Of a DNA stretch of 64,000 nucleotides, positions 20,496 to 28,329 are shown one piece after another. Position 1 is the first letter of the stretch. The number at the start of each line of letters is the position of its first letter. This stretch comes from Candidatus Peregrinibacteria bacterium. Lineage in GTDB: Bacteria > Patescibacteriota > Gracilibacteria > UBA1369 > PNNO01. The stretch is taken from positions 60,347 to 124,346 of the forward strand of contig JAFGJT010000009.1 in the NCBI GenBank assembly GCA_016928915.1, read 5' to 3'. The translations under genes were made by a program, and so were the position numbers. The notes beneath the pieces are model-generated. The model was not told the DNA's origin. It was given only the letters and a program-made list of their open reading frames with translations, and ran no database searches.

Positions 20496-20919
20496 CCAGG
20501 CTTTTTATAAATGATGATTTATACATATTCGGCTCGAACGCCTCAAGACGTATGATTTCGGTATCCATTTTCTCATCAATTATCATTTTATTCAATTTGT
20601 AAGTAAAAACAAACTGATCATACCCGAGAGCAATTATGTTTGGTTTGAATTTTTTAATGATTTTATATTTGTCATCAAGGTTGCCGAGGATTACTTTATC
20701 GGGTATCCGAGAATTTTTTACATCTTCCATTCTGTTTTTTTCAGTCTTTTTTGGGTATTCGCCCTTAACTTTTTTTACTGTTTTATCTCTTGCTATAACA
20801 ACAATAAGCTCATCGCCCAGTTTTTTTGCCTGTTTTAAAAAATACTCATGACCGAGATGAAAGACATCAAAAGTGCCGAACACCATCACCGTTTTGTTTT
20901 TTTCAGCTGTAGTGTCCAT
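20482..20919 (-). CDS. Cytidylyltransferase-fold nucleotidyltransferase, archaeal RibL-like FAD synthetase candidate
   Basis: 145 aa. The GTFDVFHLGHEYFLKQAKKLGDELIVVIARDKTVKKVKG pattern matches my recollection of archaeal RibL better than TagD. Not verified. Confidence 0.6.
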   Translation of the reverse strand: MDTTAEKNKTVMVFGTFDVFHLGHEYFLKQAKKLGDELIVVIARDKTVKKVKGEYPKKTEKNRMEDVKNSRIPDKVILGNLDDKYKIIKKFKPNIIALGYDQFVFTYKLNKMIIDEKMDTEIIRLEAFEPNMYKSSFIKSLDEDI

Positions 20920-21236
20920 CAGATTCTGTCAGGAATGAATAAATTTATATAAATTAACAAAGCAAATAATGCAAGAATAAACAGTATGAATAGTATATTT
21001 GATATACTGTGTCTTTTACCCGGGGATTCGAGGCTGATTTTTAAACTTACAAATCCGTAAACCGCGGCGCATAAAATAAACGGGATTTCGGAAATCGTTT
21101 TAACCGCGTTTGCAATTTCCGGCATGTAGTTATTAATAAGCATTAAATAACCAAGGAGATTTGCAAGTCCCAGAACAAAGAAGAAAACAAGCGAAATTTT
21201 TTGAATATTTTTTTCTATCTGCATATCACGGTACAT
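20919..21236 (-). CDS. Hypothetical small membrane protein (105 aa, 3 TM)
   Basis: A hydrophobic ORF whose stop overlaps the downstream start by 1 nt (TGATG). Confidence 0.55.
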   Translation of the reverse strand: MYRDMQIEKNIQKISLVFFFVLGLANLLGYLMLINNYMPEIANAVKTISEIPFILCAAVYGFVSLKISLESPGKRHSISNILFILFILALFALLIYINLFIPDRI

Positions 21237-21284
21237 TATACTAAAAATATTAACTTTTTTAAATGTTTAGGTTAAACTTGTAGC

Positions 21285-21575
21285 ATGATTGATGAAAAAC
21301 AAGTAAAACACATAGCAAAATTGGCGCGTCTTGAGCTTAAAGATGGGAAGGTCTCCAAATTTTCCGGCCAGCTCAACGATATTTTGGATTACATGGCATT
21401 GCTTGAAAAGGTCGACGTTAAGAAAGTCGAGGAGACTTCACAGGTGACGGGTCTTAAAAATGTAAGTCAGGAGGATAGAATAATTACCAAATGCGACGGA
21501 GACACTCTTCTTTTGTGTTCGCCGCTGCCCAAGGAACGTAAACAGATAAGGGTAAAACCCGCTATAACAATGTAA
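21285..21575 (+). CDS. gatC: Asp/Glu-tRNA amidotransferase subunit C
   Basis: 96 aa with VKHIAKLARLELKD...LNDILDYMALL. It sits immediately upstream of gatA. Confidence 0.9.
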   Translation: MIDEKQVKHIAKLARLELKDGKVSKFSGQLNDILDYMALLEKVDVKKVEETSQVTGLKNVSQEDRIITKCDGDTLLLCSPLPKERKQIRVKPAITM

Positions 21576-21576
21576 A

Positions 21577-23022
21577 ATGGACTTTAAGGATCTTACAATT
21601 GAACGCGCTCACAAAGGACTTTTGGATAAGGAATTTTCCTGCGCGGAACTGGCGAAGGAGTATTCAAATAAAGCAAAAAAGCTTAATAAAGATTTTAATA
21701 TCTATATTACACTTACCGAAGAAGAAGCTTTAAAGAGCGCTCAGAAAACAGACGGGAGAATTTCAAAAGGGGAGGATGTCGGCGTTTTGGCGGGAATTCC
21801 GTGCGCAATAAAAGATTTGTTTAACACAAAGGGCATTTTAACAACCTGCGCATCAAGAATGCTTCAAAATTTTGTTCCCCCATATGACGCAACCGCAATA
21901 AAAAAGCTTAAAGACGAGGGTATGGTTATGATAGGCAAAACCAATCTTGACGAGTTTGCCTGCGGAGGCTCAACCGAACACAGTATTTTCGGGCCCACGA
22001 AAAATCCTGTGAATCCGCAGTACGTTGCCGGAGGATCTTCGGGCGGATCAGCCGCCGCGCTTGCCGCGGATACTTGTTTATATTCTTTGGGTACTGATAC
22101 GGGAGGTTCCATACGCCAGCCAGCTTCGTTTTGCGGTGTTGTTGGTTTAAAAGTTACTTACGGCAGAGTTTCAAGAAGCGGTGTTACATCAATGGCTTCA
22201 TCTTTTGATACAATCGGTCCTTTTGCCAAAAACACGCGGGATTGCGCACTGGTTCTGCAGAAAATGGCCGGAAATGATTCTTTGGATTCAACAACACCCG
22301 ATAAAAAAGTTCCGGATTATCTTAATAATATTGAAGACGGCGTTAAAGGTTTAAAAATCGGCATTCCAAAAGAATATTTTGATGAAAATATTGATAAAGA
22401 GGTAAGTGAATCGGTTATGAATGCTGTCAAACAGCTTGAAAAAGCCGGAGCAAAAATTGTTCAGGTGTCGCTTCCCGCAACAAAATATGCCGTTGCGGTT
22501 TATTATATTGTTATGCCCGCCGAGCTTAGCGCCAATCTTGCGCGTTTTGACGGTATAAGGTTCGGCAGTAAACCTCAAGAAGAAGGAAAAACACTTACTG
22601 ATTATTATTTTAACGCACGCGGAGAGGGTTTCGGCGATGAAATAAAAAGAAGAATAATGATAGGAACGTATGTGCTTTCAGCCGGTTATTATGACGCATA
22701 TTATAAAAAAGCACAGAAAGTAAGAACACTGATTATAAAAGATTTTGAAGATGTTTTTAAAAAAGCCGATGTGATAATAGGTCCCACAGCTCCTGCTCCG
22801 GCTTTTAGAATAGGGGAGAATATTGAAGACCCCTTAAAAATGTATCTTGCGGATGCCCTGACCATTCCGGCATCGTGCGCAGGTCTTCCGGCATTAAATG
22901 TTCCCTGCGGTAAAAGCAAAAAAGGTCTGCCGATAGGGATGCAAATAATCGGACCGCAGTTTACCGAAGATTTACTGTTAAAAGTCGGACGCTCCTACGA
23001 ATCCTGCGAGCAGACAGTGTGA
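21577..23022 (+). CDS. gatA: Asp/Glu-tRNA amidotransferase subunit A
   Basis: 481 aa with the amidase signature GGSSGGSAAALAAD...GTDTGGSIRQPASFCGVVGLKVTYGRVSR. Confidence 0.95.
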   Translation: MDFKDLTIERAHKGLLDKEFSCAELAKEYSNKAKKLNKDFNIYITLTEEEALKSAQKTDGRISKGEDVGVLAGIPCAIKDLFNTKGILTTCASRMLQNFVPPYDATAIKKLKDEGMVMIGKTNLDEFACGGSTEHSIFGPTKNPVNPQYVAGGSSGGSAAALAADTCLYSLGTDTGGSIRQPASFCGVVGLKVTYGRVSRSGVTSMASSFDTIGPFAKNTRDCALVLQKMAGNDSLDSTTPDKKVPDYLNNIEDGVKGLKIGIPKEYFDENIDKEVSESVMNAVKQLEKAGAKIVQVSLPATKYAVAVYYIVMPAELSANLARFDGIRFGSKPQEEGKTLTDYYFNARGEGFGDEIKRRIMIGTYVLSAGYYDAYYKKAQKVRTLIIKDFEDVFKKADVIIGPTAPAPAFRIGENIEDPLKMYLADALTIPASCAGLPALNVPCGKSKKGLPIGMQIIGPQFTEDLLLKVGRSYESCEQTV

Positions 23023-24002
23023 ACAAATTTTTGAAGCGCCAGTAATACCTCTTTTTTATCGTCCGCCAGAAGGCGTATTTTGCCTGTTTTAATGCCGATA
23101 TCAATTTTTAAAAGGGTGTCGTAAATTGTTTTTAGTTGTTCTTTTGTAAAGTTGGGGCTCTGCTCAAGCATTGTTGAAACAACAAAAGGATGTTCTTTTA
23201 ATTTTGAAATGATTTCGCTTTTCGGCTCTCCGCGGTCTTTTAAATCTTTAACCTGTATAAGAATTCTAAAATGCCGCACAATCATAAATATGATTTTTAC
23301 GATTTCTTCGCCGCTCTCAATCAGAATATCCAATGTATTCAAGGAACCTTTTCTGTTTTTATGGGCAATATAATCCGTAAATTTAAAAATCGAGGTTGTA
23401 AGGTTTGGATGTACAAGTTCATCCACGGCTTTTTCATCGATTTTTTGTGTTTTTGCGTAGCTTTTAAGTTTATCAAGTTCGTTGTTTAAGTTCCAGAGTT
23501 CGGACCCTGCAACTTTGCCGAGGTAATCGGCAACTTTTGGGGTTATCGGAATATTTTTTTCTGTGGCTTTGTTTATTATCCAGCCGGTCAGGCGCGGTCC
23601 GATCAAGCTTTCAAACTCCTCAAGAACACCTATTTTATTTATTTTTTTTAATAGAGCTGTTCTTTTATCCGGCATTTCTTCTTCAATAAATACAATAATA
23701 CTAAAATCAGGAAGTTCTTCTTCAAGAAGGTCGGCAACTTTTTTTTGTTCGTCTTTATCTCCTTTGGCAAGAAAGTTTTTAACTATAATAAGACGTTTTT
23801 CAGCAAGAAACGGGGCTGAATTAACCGCGCTTTCAAGCTCGATTCTTGTTGTGTCCCTGCCCTCGAGCACGGCAATGTTAATATCGCCTCCGTGTTTTTC
23901 TTCAAATGCCTTCTGCCATATTTTGAGTTTATGGTTCGCAGAATAGGTGTCCTCCCCGAAAAACAGATAAACATTTTTTTTGCCGGATTTAGCAGCTGCC
24001 AT
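22995..24002 (-). CDS. holA: DNA polymerase III delta subunit
   Basis: KNVYLFFGEDTYS near the N-terminus and overall HolA-like layout. The start is placed at the ATG at 24002 (MAAAKSGKK). The 24128 start would add 42 residues, which is atypical. The 3' end overlaps the convergent gatA by 28 nt. Confidence 0.78.
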   Translation of the reverse strand: MAAAKSGKKNVYLFFGEDTYSANHKLKIWQKAFEEKHGGDINIAVLEGRDTTRIELESAVNSAPFLAEKRLIIVKNFLAKGDKDEQKKVADLLEEELPDFSIIVFIEEEMPDKRTALLKKINKIGVLEEFESLIGPRLTGWIINKATEKNIPITPKVADYLGKVAGSELWNLNNELDKLKSYAKTQKIDEKAVDELVHPNLTTSIFKFTDYIAHKNRKGSLNTLDILIESGEEIVKIIFMIVRHFRILIQVKDLKDRGEPKSEIISKLKEHPFVVSTMLEQSPNFTKEQLKTIYDTLLKIDIGIKTGKIRLLADDKKEVLLALQKFVHTVCSQDS

Positions 24003-24175
24003 AATATGTGCGTTTTTAATGCGTTTTGTAACCGGAAGCTTATTATAATCAAACTTGAGGGTTTGTTCAATATTATAAAAGATATATGAAAAAGGAGAGG
24101 GTGGGATGTCGTAGATATCCGTTTGCATTGCGAGGATATCGAGACATTTCAGCCTCTCCTTTATTAGTTGATTTT

Positions 24176-27100
24176 TTACGAGAGCACAAACTCTGAAGAC
24201 GGCAGGATTTCTTGCAGCACTACAGATGGATTTAAGTATATTCTGCTGTCAAATCTGATAACAACAGCACCTTCTTCCTTTGCCGGGTCTCCGGCATAAG
24301 TTCGGTATTTTAGAAGATTATTTATGTCTCCGTATATGGAACCGTAATGAATATACTGTTCATCATTATATTGACCCTGATCTGCACATGTTTCCTGGCA
24401 GATCTGTCCGCTGTCCGCTCTTTCGCCTTCCTGCGCAAAGAATACTCCGGCGGTTTCATTTGTGTTTATAAGAATACTGCCGTTTATAACAATCAATGTC
24501 AGAGAGGCTATATTTCTTGTATCCAGTAGAGCGGAAGCATCATCTTCGTAAACAATTTTGCTGTTGATTTTTATATCACCGTTTTCAACAATGATTGTTT
24601 TTGCTCCTTTTGTGAATATTAGATCGGTTACACCATCGCCCAGAGTAAGGTCTCCGTCGTTTTTGTAATATACCCCGTTAATTGAAGCGGGAAGCTCATT
24701 TTCATTGTTAATCTGCGAATTGTTGTTAAGGTTTTGTTCGTACCTTGCCACTTTTTGTTTGTTTGCCTCAATATTAAGCACGATCGCTCTCTGCTGAAGC
24801 GCTTCTGAAGTTTTTAATTTAACTTCACAGATTAAACTTGAAATTCCGGCAATGTCTTCGTAACCTGTTTCACCCCCTTCTCCCGTTGAAGGCTGATTTT
24901 TACAGATAGCAGCGGTAAAGGTAGGTGAAATTACCGTGCCGGGACCGGTTGACGGTGTACCCGGCGTAGTGGGTTTATCGGGTGTAATAATCGGCACATC
25001 TACATTTGCTATATCGGCGCACGCAAGAGTGTCAACTCCGTAATCAAGCGGATTTTCAAGGAATACATCTCCTCCGGAACGTATAATAATATAAGGACAA
25101 GGGATCATGACTTCGGATGTGCTTGAGCCTGAAGTAAAATCATCTCTGAATCTTGAAACGTTATTATAAGTTTCACCGCATATGCCGGTTACATTAAACA
25201 TATGATCTTTGTCCGTGCAGTTATCAACATTTACTTCCGAATGAATATTTCCGCGGTATTGTATACGCACTTCCCGATTGTCGGGAGCATTATAAACCGT
25301 AACCCCCTGAGGTGTACCTATGTCACCCGTGTAACACAAGTCATTATCTGTTTCATTACATGGTGAAATTGTGCGGCCGCCAACCGTTACAACCATGGAT
25401 CCGCTTCTGTAATCAATATATCCGCCGCTTAGCTGATCTCCCACATAACCAAGAATTCTTCCTTCAACACCTATGGTGTCGGTAATTGTTACATCCTGTA
25501 CACCGTCATTATAATGAGTATATTTTATTTCATAATCAACATACTCGTCATTAAAATTTGCAACCGTTCTGTCGCTAAACGCGGCACCGGCTCTTGCCCT
25601 TCTAACATTTTTATCAAAATCGGGCGGTTCAATTTTATATATTAATCTGTCTTTACAAACATCTTCATAATCAGGCACCCATATGTCAATCCATGATGCG
25701 TCTTCAATAACTTCTCTTTCAAGAACAAAACAGTCGCCGTTAACTTCCAGAGTATCCCTTTTCCCATCGGATGTTTCGTATTCAAGTTCGGTTACCGGCC
25801 AGTCGGTATCAAAACAAACTTCCTGGTCGTCGCGAACAAATTCTTCCCGGTCCAGAACAAAATATTCACACTCTTTTTCTTCGCTCTGCAGCCTGTCTAC
25901 ACATTGATCATTCGGATCATATATATTGGTTGCTCTTGCAATCAAAACATCGCCCGGTCTAAAGTCATACGAATAATCATCAAGGTTAATTTCATTGCTG
26001 TCTGTGATTGTTCGCGGAAATGGAGATACAGTACTTCCGTTTCGTTCAACAGTCCATCTTATATTATAATCAAGATTTTCGGGATCGGTTTCAACCGTTG
26101 CCGAATATGTTGATCTGCTATCTGAAAAATTTGACTGGTTGATTGTAAGATTAACGCACTCTCCCTCTTCTTCGCCCTGATTGACATCAAACGTATCCCA
26201 GCAAACATTTTCAGCTCCCACAGTTCTAATTGTCATAGTGCCTGCTTCACCCGGCAACACTCTAATAACTGTTGCGGAACTTGCCAGAATACAATTACCC
26301 GAACCCTGAACATCAGGTACAAAATTACCATAATATGCAATATCGCCGTCATAACAATATTGTAATGTAGGAATATTTCCATTTTCATACAGATAATCAT
26401 TTCCTTCAGTATCAATCAGTCTTTCCACATCAATCGGAAAGGTTTCGCCGACTTCAAGTTCGGTCTGGTGGGTTCTGCCTGGATCCGTAACAAGTTCGGC
26501 GCAGTCTACTTCTTCCTCAGGCGTTTTTTCAGTCTTTATAAAATCAGAGCATCTGTAATCCGCACCAATTACTTGTATTGTAAGCATACCGGCTTTTGTA
26601 GCATTAAAACTTATTTGAACGTTGCTCGGCGCTTCGGCGCAACCATCGCCTGTTTCGTATTGGACAGGGGAGTAATCTATGTTTTCTTCCCAATTATAAC
26701 AATATCTTATTGTCGGATAGTCGCCGTTTTCTTCTCTGTACGGATCTCCGTTTGTATCAATTAAAGTATCAATTCTAATTGGGGTTAACACATTTAATTC
26801 AGCCACCGCCAGCCCCGCTGAACCCGGATCCGTTTTAAGATCGGCGCATTCTTTTGGAAGATCTTCTACCTGCGGCACCGCCTCAAATTCAAAATATACC
26901 TTAACGTAATGCACCTGTGAGGAATCAAATCTGCCAACCTGCCCCGAAGTAGAATATGATGGATTGCTGCTTATTGTAAAGCCGCTTGTTGTTACGTTTT
27001 GTATCTGCGCCGGTGTATTTAAAGGTATATATTCAACTTCATTTCTCCATAAATCTTTTTCACGCACAATGTAAAATTCTTTTGGAACAAGCGTGAACGG

Positions 27101-27721
27101 CTGGCTTCCGGTAACTGTTACATCGGCCCATACGCTTCTTGGTTTTGTATTTGAACTTGATATGTACATTCGGGGTTTAAACTGTGTTTGTGGAACAGGG
27201 TTGTTCCATGTGCCCCAGTCGTTGATTTTAATGGTGGTATCATAAGCGGGATATTTGTTTGCTTCGCCGTTGTTATGCATATATCCCCAAAAACCCACTC
27301 TTTTGGGCTCATCGTTTGTAAAATTTATATTTACGGAAGTTCCCTGGCTAAAATTATAGTTAGATGCGTTATCCCATGGTGAAGGATAAGGAATTGTTGC
27401 ATAAACCGATTCAGCCGTGGCCAGTGATTCTATATACAAAAACTGCCTTTCGTTAAAAGGCCGTCCGTCTTCTGTTGTCTGATCTTTATATCCGTTAAAG
27501 GACGCAAAAGGGAGCCCGTACCTGAAATGTGTATTCGGTGCACCCGTGCCTCCGCTATAACCGTTGTTATGAAATTTTGTACAGCTTGTGCCCTGATTGT
27601 AAAGATCCGGACAGTTGTTGGCGTCGCCCGAGGATCCCCAGTACGAAAACACCTGTGTTGCCGTAAATATAAAAATAAACAGCAGAAGAATTTTTGTTGA
27701 GATTGCAATTTTGTTTTTCAT
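24176..27721 (-). CDS. Orphan large secreted Cys-rich protein (1181 aa) with tandem ~108-aa repeats
   Basis: Signal-peptide-like N-terminus (MKNKIAISTKILLLFIFIFTATQVFSYWG) and many Cys. It has two clear tandem repeats (residues ~291-398 and ~406-513) and a C-terminal beta-helix-like segment. No family recognised. Confidence 0.85.
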   Translation of the reverse strand: MKNKIAISTKILLLFIFIFTATQVFSYWGSSGDANNCPDLYNQGTSCTKFHNNGYSGGTGAPNTHFRYGLPFASFNGYKDQTTEDGRPFNERQFLYIESLATAESVYATIPYPSPWDNASNYNFSQGTSVNINFTNDEPKRVGFWGYMHNNGEANKYPAYDTTIKINDWGTWNNPVPQTQFKPRMYISSSNTKPRSVWADVTVTGSQPFTLVPKEFYIVREKDLWRNEVEYIPLNTPAQIQNVTTSGFTISSNPSYSTSGQVGRFDSSQVHYVKVYFEFEAVPQVEDLPKECADLKTDPGSAGLAVAELNVLTPIRIDTLIDTNGDPYREENGDYPTIRYCYNWEENIDYSPVQYETGDGCAEAPSNVQISFNATKAGMLTIQVIGADYRCSDFIKTEKTPEEEVDCAELVTDPGRTHQTELEVGETFPIDVERLIDTEGNDYLYENGNIPTLQYCYDGDIAYYGNFVPDVQGSGNCILASSATVIRVLPGEAGTMTIRTVGAENVCWDTFDVNQGEEEGECVNLTINQSNFSDSRSTYSATVETDPENLDYNIRWTVERNGSTVSPFPRTITDSNEINLDDYSYDFRPGDVLIARATNIYDPNDQCVDRLQSEEKECEYFVLDREEFVRDDQEVCFDTDWPVTELEYETSDGKRDTLEVNGDCFVLEREVIEDASWIDIWVPDYEDVCKDRLIYKIEPPDFDKNVRRARAGAAFSDRTVANFNDEYVDYEIKYTHYNDGVQDVTITDTIGVEGRILGYVGDQLSGGYIDYRSGSMVVTVGGRTISPCNETDNDLCYTGDIGTPQGVTVYNAPDNREVRIQYRGNIHSEVNVDNCTDKDHMFNVTGICGETYNNVSRFRDDFTSGSSTSEVMIPCPYIIIRSGGDVFLENPLDYGVDTLACADIANVDVPIITPDKPTTPGTPSTGPGTVISPTFTAAICKNQPSTGEGGETGYEDIAGISSLICEVKLKTSEALQQRAIVLNIEANKQKVARYEQNLNNNSQINNENELPASINGVYYKNDGDLTLGDGVTDLIFTKGAKTIIVENGDIKINSKIVYEDDASALLDTRNIASLTLIVINGSILINTNETAGVFFAQEGERADSGQICQETCADQGQYNDEQYIHYGSIYGDINNLLKYRTYAGDPAKEEGAVVIRFDSRIYLNPSVVLQEILPSSEFVLS

Positions 27722-27753
27722 TTTAATTTATTTTAAATATTAATTAATGGTTT

Positions 27754-28290
27754 TTATACACCAAAAGGTGTTCCTGAATTTGATGCAGCTTGCTGAGGTT
27801 CGTCTGTTGAAACAAGCCCCACTTTTATTTCCGCATTTTTATAAAGACTTATATTCATTTTTCCGTTTTTTACGTTAATTTCAGTTTTTTCAACATTGAA
27901 TTTTAATTCATATTTTCCGCTTTCATTGTTTGTGAATTTTATTTGCGCTATTTCGGGTTTATAATCGGTAAAATATTCATTTGATAATGTAAAAATAATA
28001 TCGTTGTCAAGCTCCCTGTATGTTACTCCTTTTGCAGCCGTAATTTCTTTTACGGTTAATCTGGCATCGGATTTTGTTACAACTATTGAGCCATCCGCTC
28101 CATCTTTTTGATTAATCAAAGAAAGAGTTACAACCGGTTCATCCACCGGAAAGTATGCGGGTCTGTCAGCGGAAAGTTCAAGCGACGGCTTGATTGTTGA
28201 TAAAACATATACTACGGCCAAAACCGCAAGTACAAGCATTACCAGTAAAAGAACAATAATATTCTTTTTGTTTGATGATTTTGTTTTCAT
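27754..28290 (-). CDS. Orphan N-terminally membrane-anchored beta-rich protein (178 aa)
   Basis: A basic N-terminus and one TM (IIVLLLVMLVLAVLAVVYVL), followed by a beta-strand-patterned domain. It sits between the two large genes, with gaps of 39 and 32 nt. Confidence 0.7.
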   Translation of the reverse strand: MKTKSSNKKNIIVLLLVMLVLAVLAVVYVLSTIKPSLELSADRPAYFPVDEPVVTLSLINQKDGADGSIVVTKSDARLTVKEITAAKGVTYRELDNDIIFTLSNEYFTDYKPEIAQIKFTNNESGKYELKFNVEKTEINVKNGKMNISLYKNAEIKVGLVSTDEPQQAASNSGTPFGV

Positions 28291-28329
28291 TTTTATTTAA
28301 GTTATATTTTAATAAATTATTTAGATTGT

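Noticed and set aside
19530-23022. Operon partners are missing: ftsX without an adjacent ftsE, gatCA without gatB, and dnaA without dnaN.
   Set aside because: The partners may simply be encoded elsewhere in the genome. Absence from one 64-kb window is not evidence of loss.
24176-27721. The repeat-bearing secreted protein could be a diversity-generating retroelement target.
   Set aside because: There is no reverse transcriptase and no near-identical template/variable nucleotide repeat pair in the window. The tandem protein repeats are old and divergent.
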